Positions 22,904-36,287 of a DNA stretch of 64,000 bases are shown here, in pieces. The DNA comes from Squalus acanthias (Eukaryota), in contig CM059432.1 in the NCBI GenBank assembly GCA_030390025.1, positions 148,554,001 to 148,618,000 of the forward strand. Reading direction: 5' to 3'. Below the pieces are notes generated by a model. It was not told the origin of the DNA. It saw nothing but the letters and a program-made list of their open reading frames with translations, and did not search any database. The position numbers and the translations under genes were made by a program. Position 1 is the first letter of the stretch. Each line of letters opens with the position of its first letter.

Positions 22904-24177
22904 TTGTTTACCTTTTAGACAATGGTCACTTTTCTTACTACTCAGTGAAAGAAACACAGCCTGTAAGATATGGTAGAAGTGAATACATTTTCTGTCGTGT
23001 TTCAGTGTGTTTGGGGTATGTGTTTAGTGCCCTTTCCCCTTGTGCGGTGTGACCTTCTTCACTTTAGCTGTTGATGTGCTTTACTACCAGCAGAGATGGG
23101 CGACTGCATAGCCAACTGGTGAGCCGAATGGAGTATAGAAAGCTCGCTACCTGTGCTTAATCCCGATGAGTGGCAAGGGCCTCCTATCCAGGTGTCACTA
23201 TATGCTGTGGTAACAGTTCAGGATATCTCCTACACCCTTCATGCTATTGGAACAGGGTAAAGTTGAAGGAGTTTTACTCTGAGAGTGTTTGATGCTGACA
23301 CTGGGTGCCTGAAATGGGAAGTGCCCCATTCCCCAGCATTAACATCTGTCAACTTGATGTCTATAAAAAAATAGCGTTTCACTCCTTTTCCAACAGAACA
23401 GTCATAAACCGTACAAGTAAAATCCTCTCATGCACACTTACTATTGAATTATATACACAAATAATTGGCACAGTGGCATGATACAGCACTAACTATTGCT
23501 AATGTATACTTAGTATGCAGAAAATCAACATTAGGGACATGGCCTTCTTTACAAACTATTTATCTCTAATGAGAAACATCAGTACATCAAAAGTAGACTG
23601 CCCCAAGCCCCTGTAAAGACAAAAATACTTCTGGAGAACTCTCGTTTCCTTATGCTCCCAGGTTATTGTTCTTAATGATTATCTGACTTCCTGAGCCAGC
23701 TTTTTTGTCGTATTCATTCTCTCAATAAAAGTTCAAGTCACCTCTGCGTCATTAAAGAATGAACTTTAACCATGTTTAGCACCAGAGCCATTCTCTCCTT
23801 CCCCGACACACTTGCCTGGAAGAATAGCATTGGGTAAACCTCTCAAAATAATGTTGCAATATATCAGGAGGTAAGTATAGCCAATGCACCCGCCCGTGTT
23901 AGAGCCTTCCCCAACTGCAGCACGTACCGGGATACTGCAGGTCCACTCCCTCTGATTTTTCTGTCCGTTAACGAATAGAAAACCATCGGCAGTGCGCCCA
24001 CGATTTGGCAACACCTGCTCCCAGTGGGCACAGCTCCACCCTGGGAGTATGCATTCCTAACAATTACCCACATACGTAGATGAAAAGAGCTGGTGCTACT
24101 GCAAATAATAAATTAATAGTTTGGTTAAAAACAGAATAGAGAGCTCTAGGCCCGGCTCCTTTTTCATGGAAGACTAA

Positions 24178-25047
24178 GGGGGTGATTTTGTTAATGGGGT
24201 GCATTGGAGGCGGGACTCCCACTTGTCAGGTTTCAGTCCCGCCTCCATCGACTTGTGGCCAACCCACGCTATTTTTCCTTGATTAACCTTGTTAAGCCCG
24301 CCAGCGGGTTTAGCAGGCCAATTGAGGGAAAGCTGGTTACAGAGAACGTCAACGTATGACGTTTCATCTGTCAAAAATTGTCATTGTTTAACAGCTCTGT
24401 GAAGCTGTCAAACACTGACATTCTCTGTAGTTTGATGAGGTCTTGAATTCAAGACCTCATCAAACCTCTTTCTTTTACAGAAATGAGATGGTTGTTGTAT
24501 CTGTGAATGCAACGGCCATCTGTCATCTGCAACGTGGAGGTCCGAGACTCTCCGTATACACACCGACTGAAGCCTGCAGTAAGAAACAAAGGTAAGTAGA
24601 CTTTTAAAAACACTTTGCACTTACCTCAGATACTCACCTCTCCACTCTTGCACCCATCACTTACCTTCGCACCACACTTTTGCACCCCCCCCCCCCCCGA
24701 CCCCCCGCACACCCAGTACTCGCTGAGCTGAGCTGGCGTGTTTTGGAGCCTTCGGGAAGCCCGCACTTGTTAGGGCAAAAAGGGGACAATCCTATTTTCT
24801 GCCTGTTAACGACCTGGAGGCGGGAAGGGATTAAAGCCTATTAACTGCCTGTTAACGACCTGTTAACAGGCAGTTAATAGGCTTTAATCCCTTCCCGCCT
24901 CCAAGGAGACGGGACCCGGCGCAGGACGGCTACCCGCCTCCTAGGAAGATGGCATGGAGGCGGGTTGGGCACCTGCCCCCAAATTCTGCCATTTTCCCGG
25001 CAGTCCCGCCTCCATACCCGCCTCCCCAGGGCTGGCAAGATCACCCC
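24178..25047. mobile_element. Harbinger-type MITE, related to 18225-19079 in opposite orientation
   Basis: TIR ggggtgatttt / aagatcacccc; TAA TSD. Confidence 0.8.
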
Positions 25048-25143
25048 CTAAATGTTAAAGAATGACATTCCAAACACAGCTGTACTGAACTATAGGGCAA
25101 TTTGACAGCTGAACTGTGAGCTGTTAATATCATTAGAGAGACA

Positions 25144-25753
25144 GGCTCTGAAATTCCTTGGGCCCCCAAAATAAATCTGGCAGGGGACCGGCAGAACCCC
25201 CAGGAAAATGGCGGAGGCCCAGTTCCACCAATTCTCCACCAATTCCAGCAGTTTTCCCAATGCCTTGTCAGAGGCTGAAACTCTGACTACTCTTTACATG
25301 GCAAATGATGGGCTCCCTAAGCTGGGAGTCCACACTCCCGAGACGCAGTCAAGACCCATCACTGTAGTAGCGGCTGGTATGCTGAGCGAGTGGAATTGTA
25401 CCGGCCTCCACGAGGGTGAATGTGGGCTCCACCGGCGGCGATCAGGCCAGGCAAGTGGCCTGAAAGACCAAAGAGGTAAAAAATCTCACAGATTGGCCCC
25501 CTAGCCCGGGAGGCTGATAGGACGATTGCTGGGTCAGAGAGCTAGGACGGCGCCCCCTTGCCATGGATGGGTGCTGGAGTATCCGGCAGGCATGGGCAAG
25601 CGGGTAGCAAGTGGTGCTTGTATCCACCCAACCGATGCTAATGAGGTGTCCTCCCACTGACTCCGCATATTCCATGGGGTCAGCATTGTTGGGCACCATC
25701 AGGCTCAATCTTGGTGTAAGCGCTGGGAACGATACCCAAGGAATGTTAGGGCC
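25144..25753. mobile_element. Harbinger-type MITE
   Basis: TIR ggctctgaaattccttggg / cccaaggaatgttagggcc; ACA/ACT flanks. Confidence 0.6.
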
Positions 25754-26195
25754 ACTGTGTCCCAATATGATCCCACAGAGAGAACTGCAAAATATGTTCC
25801 ACTTTACAACCCTAGTAATATGCCCCAGACTTTGTACATTTTATAGCTTACAAGGAATAAACTCTGCCTGAATTTTTATAGGCCATGTTAAGAGACAGTG
25901 ACTTGCAGCTGCTGCAGTTACAATCACAATGTCCGATCATCTGCAAAGTTAAAATCCAATTTGAATTTGTAAGTACATTAAAAGCAGGTGGTATTGGTTA
26001 CGTCTGAATCTTGATAGACATTTAACTGTCTTGCCGGGAAATCTTATGATTGGATCAGGAGTTCTGTAAACTGAAGATATAAAATAGACAAGGGGCAGCC
26101 CCGATAACACCGATTATTTCATCATTTAGTCCACAATGGATGCTGAACACAAGCCAAAGAGAGCACTCGCCAAGAGCCTATTCTTTACACCTATA

Positions 26196-27088
26196 GGGGG
26201 AAAAATTCAGTTGGTTGCGCCTCCCGTTAGCACCTTAAGAGGGCGCTAATGGGGCGCAAAGCATCTAGCGCCCAGGCGCGGCGAAGTTTGCGCCGCGCGC
26301 GAAATTAACTAGACATTTTGCGGCGGCGCTAAGCACCACCGCCACGATCTCCTGCGCCAGCAGATCGTGACGTCAGTCGAGTGCGCAACGCCCCGGTATC
26401 ACCCCGGAGCGGATATTGAGTGGCGCCCCCTGCCTTACCGCCTGACGCTAGCAACGACAGGTTGAGGGGAGCGTTCTGCAGTCATGAAGGGAAAGGGGGA
26501 GCGCTATTTAAAGGTGACCGCTTCCTGCCTTTTATTGTTGGTGCCATTTTTGAACTACGCATTCTGAGAGAGAGAGAGAGAGACTTCTGGAGAGATTCAA
26601 CGTTGTGTGAAGGAGTTTTGGGTACTGAGCAGCACTTTGCAGGTTCATTTTGATTTGTCATTCCTTGTATCGATTTAGAAGAGACTGTGGGGGCTGCACT
26701 ATGAGCTCTTTGCCTGGTACTCTCCATTGTTCTTTCCAGCAGATTTGATGTACAGGTCTCTCCAGGCCGAGATTCAAGGCTGCAATGAGCAGGATGTGGA
26801 TGGAAAGCAAGATTAACCATCCCCTTTAAGAACTGGCCCGTGCCATTGTGTCTGTGTTCCATTGCTGACTGACATTACATGAGCTTCGCCAGCGCTCTGA
26901 GGTAGCGCCTCGCTCCTCGGCCTTTGCGCCTTAAGACAGGTGTGAGGCGCCTGATTTAGCGCTCCAATCACCTCCAGGGGCGATAAAAGTCAAGTTTGCA
27001 GTCGGTGGCGATAATTAGCGCCAGGCGCTAATCTTTGCGCCCGGCCGATAATTGCGCCCCAAATGGGGCGATACTGAATTTCTCCCCC
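26196..27088 (-). mobile_element. Non-autonomous derivative of the Harbinger family at 54897-58310
   Basis: 16-bp TIR ggggga(a/g)aaattcagt; ATA TSD; both ~350-bp ends match the ends of the long element in reverse. Confidence 0.9.
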
Positions 27089-27695
27089 ATAGTGTCCAGA
27101 TCCAAGTCACTTTAGCTGATTTGGTCTCTGGCTATATTTGGTGCACTGAGCATTAACAGGGAATATTTTATGGTTCTGTCCGAATTTTAAACTGTTTGGA
27201 TCAGCTCGACAGTGAAGGGTGATTGGTTTGGTGAGTGAGAATTCCAGGACTGGATCAGAATGCTGCTTGGATTGGGATTGTATTTCTCTGCAGCTGACTG
27301 CGTTTCCAAACACGATCGCAGAGACAGTGGCCAGCAAATGCAGATGTGTTAGTTATTTTTCATGCAAAAATGAATGAGCTTTACTCTGAGCGCGCTCGAT
27401 GCTGACACTGACTTCCCTCAAGTTGGTGACGGTAAAAAAGAGCGTTTAACTCCTTTTACAACAAAGCAGTCTTAAACCGTATAATAAAATGCTCTCATAC
27501 ACTCTTACTGTTGAATTATATCCACAAGTAATTGGCGCATTGGTGTGATTCATAACTATCTATTGCTAATACATCTTTTATCATTAACAGATTTTAACTC
27601 AAGCAGTGAGTGTGGCGTACAGGGGTTGGAGAGGGTGGGAAATCCCCATGGCATTAGGCCGGGGCCATTTTAACTCCCAGGCCTTATTACCATGT

Positions 27696-27792
27696 AGAAC
27701 ATAAGAAACAAGAGCAGGAGTCGGCCAATCGGCCCCTCGAGCCTGCTCCGCCATTCAATAAGATCATGGCTAATCCAATCTAGCCTCAACCT
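27696..27792 (-). mobile_element. CR1 3' tail only
   Basis: agaacataagaaacaagagcaggagtcggcc...gatcatggct. Confidence 0.8.
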
Positions 27793-28068
27793 GTCACATT
27801 AACACCTCCTCTTGCCTTGATTATCTCTTAATGTCTCTCAATGTCTCTTAATCTCTCCTGCTTTCTATCCCACCACTGACCTTCCCTTTTGTTCTTTCAT
27901 CCCCTCCCCCTTTTCCCAGCTTTATCCTTGCTTTAAATCTATTTCATTTCCTGCTTTTTTCCAGTTCTGACGAAAGGGTCTTCGACCTGAAACGTTAACT
28001 CTGTTTCTCTCTCCACGGATGCTGCCTGGCCTGCTGAGTTTTTCCAGCGTTTTCTGTTGTTATTTCAG
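27793..28068 (+). mobile_element. Penelope-type short repeat with hammerhead motif (27963-28000)
   Basis: Pyrimidine-rich body, then agtt-CTGACGA-aagggtc(ttc)gacct-GAAA-cg-TT-aact. Confidence 0.7.
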
Positions 28069-29409
28069 CCATGATCCAATGTAGGAGGATGGATTCCTGC
28101 TGGAACTCACTACCTGGACAGGAGCAGGATTTCGGGTGGCAGGAGTCCATCGCCGGGGACCCATGGGAACAGTCCCCGGTGGTGGGGGTGCGTTGTCCAG
28201 AGGCATTCTCGATCAGGGAGGAGAAGGCCCACGAGAAAAGCTTCGAATAATTCAAACTTACCTAGGCCCTGACGCTGCTTGCCTCCCTGTTTCACTGGCA
28301 GATCCTGCACTGTGGGCAAATTGCGCGGTCCTGAGTAAAAAATCACATCCGGGTCCCGAATGACATAATCACAAGGACTGCAGCGTTCAAGAGAGAGAAA
28401 GTCCACCATCACCTTCTCAGGGCAATTAGGGATGCGAAATAAGACACAGCCATGCCAGCATTGCCCACATCCCCAGAGAAAATAATTCCAGGTGTGTGCG
28501 GAGCTGGTTGACAGAGGGGTGACAGGCGCCCTCAACCATCCTTGGTGTCCCCAACATAGGAAGGATAAAAGAAAATGGTCCGAAGTTCTTGAACTCAGTC
28601 CCATGGTGTCAGGAGGAAGGAGTGCATGCCTGCACGTTAGTGAAGGACTCGACAGGGGCTGGCTGTCATACCCCACAGTAGAATAGCTGCCACTAGTTCA
28701 CTGACTTCCACTCAGACAAGAAGAATGGCCAAGCTGATGAGGTACTGAAGGGCTGGCAGCAGTGCAGAAGAGCTTCAACCAGTCAGGAGAGGGTGGGAGA
28801 AAATGGGGAGGGGGCGATTTTTCCATAAATCAGAATTGGTTTAAATGCCCCTTAAAGGTGCCAGTTGATTTTTGTCATATAAAACATTACACAGAGGGTA
28901 AATTGTCTGAAGGTGAGTTCCGAGGACAGAGCCTCATCCACTGAAAGCACACATCAGGAAACCATAGCAAGTTACTACTGAGAATCGCTCGCAAGGCGTA
29001 ACGCTCCACAATGGGAGTGTACCTGCTGAGCATTTACCCTCACCTTAATACGCTAGTGAGAATGGTTGTGTAAATCCACTTCTGATCACGGGGGAAAAAA
29101 ATCGATCAAGCTAGGCAAACATAATGGAACTAACTGACCCCAGAACGTTTTTCTATAATCTTAATAGTTGACTTTAAAGGGAAACTGTTGTCATTTAAGG
29201 GAAAAAGTGTTTGCAGATCTTATCTATTGCTAGCCAAAGTGGATTGCAAAATGTCAAAATTTATCAGGACACACATCATTAGTCTGCAAAAAGTACCACT
29301 GCGTTCTTACAGATGTAATTACCATAGGAACAAACCACCAACTCCCCCGTCCAAACCATTCTATTCACTGGTAACAAAATCAGTGCTCCTTTATAGTGAT
29401 AGCAGTCAT

Positions 29410-30425
29410 GATAACTATAGCAAGTCTAACCACCGCCCCATGACATTCAACGGCATTACCATCGCCGAATCCCCCACCATCAACATCCCGGGGGTCACCA
29501 TTGATCAGAAACTTAACTGGACCAGCCACATAAATACTGTTGCAACAAGAGCAGGTCAGAGGCTGGGTATTCTGCGGCGAGTGTCTCACCTCCTGACTCC
29601 CCAAAGCCTTTCCACCATCTACAAGGCACAAGTAAGGAGTGTGATGGAATACTCTCCACTTGCCTGGATGAGTACAGCTCCAATAACACTCAAGAAGCTC
29701 GACACCATCCAGGACAAAGCAGCCCGCTTGATTGGCACCCCATCCACCACCTTAAACATTTACTCCCTCCACCACCGGCGTACCGTGGCTGCAGTGTGTA
29801 CCATCTACAAGATGCACTACAGCAACACACAAGGCTTCTTCGGCAACACCTCCCAAACCCACGACCTCTACCACCTAGAAGGACAAGGGCAGCAGGCGCA
29901 TGGGAACACCACCACCTCCAAGTTCTCCTCCAAGTCACACACCATCCTGACTTAGAAGTATATCGCCGATCCTTCATCGTCGCTGGGTCAAAATCCTGGA
30001 ACTCCCTCCCTAACAGCACTGTGGGAGCTCCTTCACCACACGGACTGCAGCGGTTCAAGAAGGCGGCTCACCAGCACCTTCTCTATTGTCTTTGATGTAA
30101 TGTTTTCCTGACTGACCTGGTTGGACACCATCCAACCCTTTGATTGCCGTGATTGTCTCTCTGCCGAGGTGTGATAAAGGGCAGTTAGAAAGATTAACTG
30201 TAGTCGTCTGGCAGTGTTCTCTGACTATATATGCAATGCCTATATGCATCTCTTCACTTCACCTGAAAAGGAGCAGCGCTCCGAAAGCTTGTGATTTCAA
30301 ATAAAGCTGTTGGACTATAACCTGGTGTTGTGCGACTTCTCACATTTCTCAAGGACAACTAGGGATGGGCAATAAATGCTGGCCTTGCCAACGATGCCCA
30401 GATCCCATAAGCGAATAAAAAAAAA
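29410..30425 (+). mobile_element. CR1-group (Crack/Daphne-like) LINE 3' region, interrupted near its end
   Basis: GVTIDQKLNWTSHI, IYKAQVRSVMEY; A-tail at 30416-30426. Confidence 0.85.
30084..30341 (+). mobile_element. Penelope-like fragment with damaged hammerhead core (30259-30294)
   Basis: Same pLTR as 15874-15960 but CTGACGA changed to CTGAAA; host LINE resumes at ttctcaagg. Confidence 0.7.
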
Positions 30426-30426
30426 G

Positions 30427-30545
30427 TGATAGAGATAATGATAATGACAGTAACAAGGATAGCAATGGTAATAGTGATGACAGATAGTGGCACCGATAGT
30501 GATAGCAGTAGTGATAGCGATATTGATGATGATAATCATAGTGAC
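30427..30545. repeat. Degenerate (GAT/AAT)n low-complexity tract
   Basis: gataatgataatgacagtaa...gatgatgataat. Confidence 0.6.
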
Positions 30546-31679
30546 AGCTCGGTTAAAATTATACCCCATATTTTTAATAGAGGTGTTTCACTAGGCCCAT
30601 GAATGCTGCAATAATACCGACTCCGAAGAAACTCCTTCCTTTCTCTTATTCCCAATGAAGAAAAAAAAATGCCCGTGAGCTTGAGAGGAGAATAAAAATC
30701 CCCCAATCCCAAACTCCGAGCAGCAACCGTTCTCAGAGGAGGCATAGATCAGAGAAAGGGTTACAACTGGAGTTCCAATTCTCAAAAACAATGTGAGCTC
30801 CTTGAAATCGGGGCTGCGGACTTCTGCACGCAATATTCCGTTCCACGCTCCCAACAAGCAACACTTTTACCAGAAGAAGCGTAATTTACCCGATAATCCA
30901 AATAAATGGGATGTGACATGTATCGGGTCCACAGATTCCTTTTGTATAAAAGGTGGGGGTGACAGATACACTCTGTTTTATGGTAAACTATTAGTCCAGG
31001 TTTTCGCTGTGCTGCTGAGTTACAGGAGAGAAAGCAGGACATTCGCCGAGCCAGGCCAGGCCACGGATCAATGGTCTTATCAAATTGGGTTGAGCTGCTG
31101 CACCGTTTGTTGGTCCCTGCTGTCTAGACTTGATTAAACTAATGGCCGTGGTAATTAATTTTCTCTGCCAGTGTCCATGGAGCTGGGCTGATGATATATC
31201 ATTGCACTCACAACTCTAACACCCCACATACTGGCACTTTCAGAGGGTGAAGTGCAGCATTCTGTCACAAACTGATCAAATATGATTTTACGGCGGAATA
31301 ATTTTTTTTCTATTTTGAAATACAAACTGTGAGATGAATCAACTTTCTATAAGCAGGGGGCTAATGTTTTAATGGAACCATGCCCTGCTGATCTACAAAC
31401 TATAGGAAGGAAGGAAACCATTGAGGCCTCAGGAAACTCCCAGCCATGATTTATGGCTAATGATCAATCTGTGACAACAATCTGTATTTCCACAGAAACA
31501 CCTGGACAAATCAGCTACATGACGTCTTTGGCCAAGTCGATAATACACAGGAGGCATGAGCTAACTGCTACTGGAGGAAGTGCTGCACCCTCCATGTCAC
31601 CGAAAGGCCGCTGCTTCCTCGGTCTTAAAAAGCCTTAACTCACAGAATCACTTATGTAATAGGTTTTGAAAATTATGTA

Positions 31680-31990
31680 GCGTTTTGATAGGGTGTAAAG
31701 GGAAAGACATTTCCCCTGGTGGGGGAGTCAGTGACGAGGAGCCATCAATTTAAAATTTTCACTAATGGAGTGAAGAAAGGTGAAATTTCTTCAGACAGAG
31801 TTATTCGGGGATGGAATACTTTGTCACAGGGAATGGTTGAAGCGGAGACCATTGCATCTTTTAAGGGAAGAGTTGATAAATATTTGAAGCTACAGGGCTG
31901 TAAAGGGTAGGAGCGTGGGATTAGTTTTGCGTTGCCCCAGCACAGACACGATGGGCCGAAGGCCTCGACCTGCACTGTAAACATCTAAGG
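31680..31990 (+). mobile_element. Old CR1 3' fragment
   Basis: GESVTRSHQFK...RVIRGWNTL; decayed tail. Confidence 0.65.
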
Positions 31991-32065
31991 TCATGGTTCG
32001 ATATGATGTTACCAAATATGCACACAACAGTGTGACTGATGATGCAAAATCACCATCTCACTGGT

Positions 32066-32444
32066 CATAACATAAGGAATAAGAGCAGGAGTCGGCCATA
32101 CTGCCCCTCGAGCCTGCTCCGCCATTCAATAAGATCATGGCTGATCATCGACCTCAACTCCACTTTCCCGCCCGATCTCCATATCCCTCGATTCCCCTAG
32201 AGTCCAAAAATCTATCGATCTCAGCCTTGAATATACTCAAAGACTCAGCATTCACAGCCCTCTGGGGCAGAGAATTCCAAAGATTCACAACCCTCAGTGA
32301 AGAAATTCCTCCTCATCTCGGTCTTAAATGGCCGACCCCTTATCCTGAGACTCTGCCCCCTAGTTCTAGACACTCCAGCCAGGGGAAACAACCTCTCAGC
32401 ATCTACCCTGTCAATCCCCTCAGAATCTTGTATGTTTCAATGAG
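32066..32444 (-). mobile_element. CR1 3' fragment
   Basis: Canonical tail plus ORF2 end; near-identical to 40828-41311. Confidence 0.9.
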
Positions 32445-33476
32445 TCATTGTCTGCCATTAATTTATTTCATGTTTGTCAGCTGAAATATATAAAAGTTAA
32501 TGTTATGATGTGAAACCAATTTCACAATAACAGCAGAGGCAGTGTGTCTGCCTGAGGACCAATGCAGCAGTTTGGAAGTGCGGCCTTTAAAGCAGGCTTC
32601 CTCCCTGTCTGTTCCTGGCGAGGGGGCTGCCCCAGACATCAGGGCGGAGTTTTTAAACTTGCGCCTGAGCATAAACTGGTGGTGCAGCTAAGAACATAAG
32701 AAATAGGACCAGGAGTAGGCCCTTGACTCCCCTGTTTTTCAAAAATCTGTCTATCTCCGCCTTGAATATATTCAATGACTCCGCCTCCACAGCTCTCTGG
32801 GGAAGAGAATTCAAAGGTTCACGACCCTCTGAGAGAAGAAATTCCTCCTCATCTCAGTTTTAAATGGGTGCCCCCTTACTCTGAAACTGTGCCCCCGAGT
32901 TCTAGATTCCCCCACGAGGGGAAACATCCTCTCTGCATCTACCCTGTCAAGCCCCTTCAGAATCTTATATGTTTCAATAAGATCCCCTCTCATTCTTCTA
33001 AACTCCAATGAGTAGAGGCCCAACCTGCTCAACCTTTCCTCATAAGACAACCCTTCCATCCCAGGAATCAACCTCGTGAACCTTCTCTGAACTGCCTCCA
33101 ATGCAAGTATATCCTTCCTTAAATAAGGAGACCAAATCTGTACGCAGTACTCCAGGTGTGGTCTCACCAACGCCCTGTACAGTTGTAGCAAGACTTCCCT
33201 GCTTTTATACTCCATTCCCCTTGCAATAAAGGCCAATATTCCATTTACCTTCCTAGTTACTTGCTGTACCTGCATGCTAACTTTTTGTATTTCATGTACG
33301 GGGACCCCCAGACCCCTCTGTACCGCAGCATTCTGTAATCTCTCTCCATTTAAATAATATTTTGCTTTTTTATTCTTCCTACCAAAGTGGATAACCTCAC
33401 ATTTTCCCACATTATACTCCATCTGCCAAATTTTCGCCAATCACTTAACCCGTCTATATCCCTTTGCAGACTCTCT

Positions 33477-35620
33477 GGCCTGCCAATTTAATCGCTCAGA
33501 GTGCGGGTTTGGAGGCGGGTCCGCTGCCAAAATCGCAAAGATTGACAGTGGGTAGGAAACCCGCTGTCAACCCGCCTCCACGCGAGACTCCCCGGTGTCG
33601 GGTCTGTCAGCGCAGAACTGACCCGACACCAAGCGACAGACCCGACACCAAGCGGAGGGGGAGACAATTCAGCTTCTTAAATGGCTTGTTAAGAGCCAAT
33701 TTAAGACTATTTTAAGGCTTACTTCTAATTTTACCTTCTCCCCCACGGGTTACCCGCTGTTCGGGGAACACGCCAGTTCAACCTGGCGTGAGTTGAGTCT
33801 GCTCTGATGTTTGTGAGAAGCTGACAGCTGTAGAAGTGGTGTCGAGGATGCCATGTTGCAGATGGTCAGTTTCAGAGCGCAGAAAATGTTGGTTACTGCA
33901 TTTTTAATACATATAGAGATTTCTTTAGCTTACAAGTGTTTAGATCCAACTGTATGTCCAGTGCCACCTCATTGGGAGAACCTCTCTCACCAGTGACAGA
34001 TCGCTTCTGTCATCTCACCTGCAGCTGCCATCTATTCCAGCAACATCGGAGCCAATGAAACAATTAGACCTTGGTCCTCCGAATCCTTCCACGATCAGCC
34101 CCAACACCAACATCACCAACCTCATCACCAAGCTTCTCCGCCATCACCTGATGCTGCACAGGACACAGGGCATCAGCCCCTGACAACATTGCTGCCCGGG
34201 AGGCCAGCGATGGCATCACCATGGCCAGATTTACTTCACTTGATGCTGTAAACCCTGGCTGTCACATGATGCGCCAGGTTGACACCATCCCACACCAGCA
34301 CCGTGAAGCATCCCTTTAATGTCCAAGCCATTCCATGCACACTCATCACTATAGCAGGGGGGAAGTTATGACTGAACAATCACTGGAACTCAGTAAGACA
34401 CTTCTCAAGGTTCGCTCAGATCTGTCCAATAAGAGGCACTTTTTGAAGAAGAGATTTCACTGTATGAGAAGACATTACCAGAAACTTCACATGGACATTG
34501 GCTAAGTCTCTCATGTGCCTACCCTTTGTGTGTTGTTAGTTGGTATGCTTGCAGTAGGGTGAGGATGAGTGTGAGGGGTGGCTAGTGAGATGGGGAAGTG
34601 ATAAAGTAGATAGAGAGGGTTGGGTGGAGGTGCAAAGTAAGTTGGTGTCCTGGGGAGGTCTCTTCCACCCTTGGAAGTGAAGAGAACCTCCCTTCGGCTG
34701 TGACTCCCTCCATAAGCATATGGAAGGAATCACTGGAGAGCCTGGGTGCAAGCGTTCACCTTTGTGCAGTGATTGACAGTGTCTGCAGCACCTCAATGCT
34801 GTCAAACACTGACAGAACAACTGTCAAAGTGAATGTGGCCGTGGTCCCTTTAAGGAAACCGGCTGATGACGCATCATCAAATGACATCATCAGACCCGCT
34901 TCCTGTTAATTGGCCGGTAATCCCGGGGATGAGGGGATGGACATATGAGGAGAGGTTGGGTAGATTGGGACTCTACTCATTGGAGTTCAGAAGAATGAGA
35001 GGCGATCTTATTGAAACATATAAGATTGTGAAGGGGTTGGATCGGGTGGATGCGGGGAGGATGTTCCCGATGATGGGTGAAACTAGAACTAGGGGGCATA
35101 GTCTTAGAATAAGGGGCTGCTCTTTCAAAACTGAGATGAGAAGGAACTACTTCACTCAGAGGGTGGTAGGTCCATGGAATATGCTGCCCCAAAAAGCTGT
35201 AGAAGCTACATCATTACAGAAATTTAAAACAGAAATAGACAGTTTTCTAGAAGTAAAGGGAATTAAGGGTTACGGGGAGCGGGCAGGAATTTGGACATGA
35301 GTCTAGGTTCGGATCGGTCATGGCCCTGTGGGTAGCGTAGCGGGCCCAGGGGCCGTGTAGCCTGATCCTGTTCCTATTCTGTTAGGTTCAGGAGATGGTT
35401 CTGTGATAGTAGATTGGCGGTTAGGATCAGATCAGCCATGATCTTATTGAATGGCGGAGCAGGCTCGAGGGGCCAATTGGCCTACTCCTGCTCCTATTTC
35501 TTATGTTCTTAACAAGGCCAATCAAAGTAAAATCACATCTGCAGAGCGAAAGCAGCTGGGAGCGGGACCGGAAACCAGCTGTCCCGCCCCCATCCCGCCT
35601 CCAGAATTAAATCCACGGCC
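33477..35620. mobile_element. Decayed Harbinger deletion derivative (second family)
   Basis: Ends ggcctgccaatttaat / attaaatccacggcc, TCT/TTT flanks; minus-strand Myb-like remnant LAPRLSSDSFHMLMEGV near 34700-34753. Confidence 0.7.
34918..35511 (+). mobile_element. CR1 3' fragment with double 3' tail
   Basis: Peptide differs from 5297-5668 at one residue; same composite 3' end. Confidence 0.9.
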
Positions 35621-36287
35621 TTTGTGTCCTCCTCACAACTTGCTTTCCCACCTATCTTTGCATCATCAGCAAATTTGGCTACAGTACACTTGGTCCCTTC
35701 ATCCAAGTCATTAATGTAGATTGTAAATAGTTGAGGCGCCAGCACCGATCCCTGTGGCACCCCACTAGTTACAGTTTGCCAACCGAAAATGACCCATTTA
35801 TCCCGACTCTGTTTTCTGTTAGTTAGTCAATCCCCTATCCATGCTAATATATTACCCCCAACACAATGAGCTCTTATCTTGTGCAGCAACCTTTTATGTG
35901 GCACCTTATCGAATGCCTTCTGGAAATCCAAATACACGACATCTACTGGTTCACCGCCCATTAGAGAAACCTCACGATTTTCATTTCCAATTATTTCAAT
36001 AACGAGTGGCCACTTTTTTGCCCAGGTGGCAAGTTCAAAATCTACTGCCATTTAACTGCCTTTTTCTATAGTTAACTCCATTGAAGGAAATAACTGATGA
36101 AGAGAGTCTGGAAATCGCTGTTTCCAACATCTGCTGTGTTTCCATTGGACCCCCTTTGTTTCCAGAGACAAAACCCCATTCCAGGAGAAATGCTGCAGTG
36201 GAAACAAAGCGTTGCTCGACTGGGTTCTCTTCACTGCAGGGGGTCGCACAGGCTGAGCGCACGGGCTTTCCCGCACAGACCAGAAAC

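Larger units (their letters stand above)
32690..35955 (-). mobile_element. CR1 LINE fragment split by a Harbinger derivative
   Basis: ORF 32811-33440; continues at 35621-35955 (PQGS, FADD, DFQKAFD). Confidence 0.88.

Noticed and set aside
22564..23052. 162-aa plus ORF as a gene
   Set aside because: Explained by the Harbinger-derived palindrome
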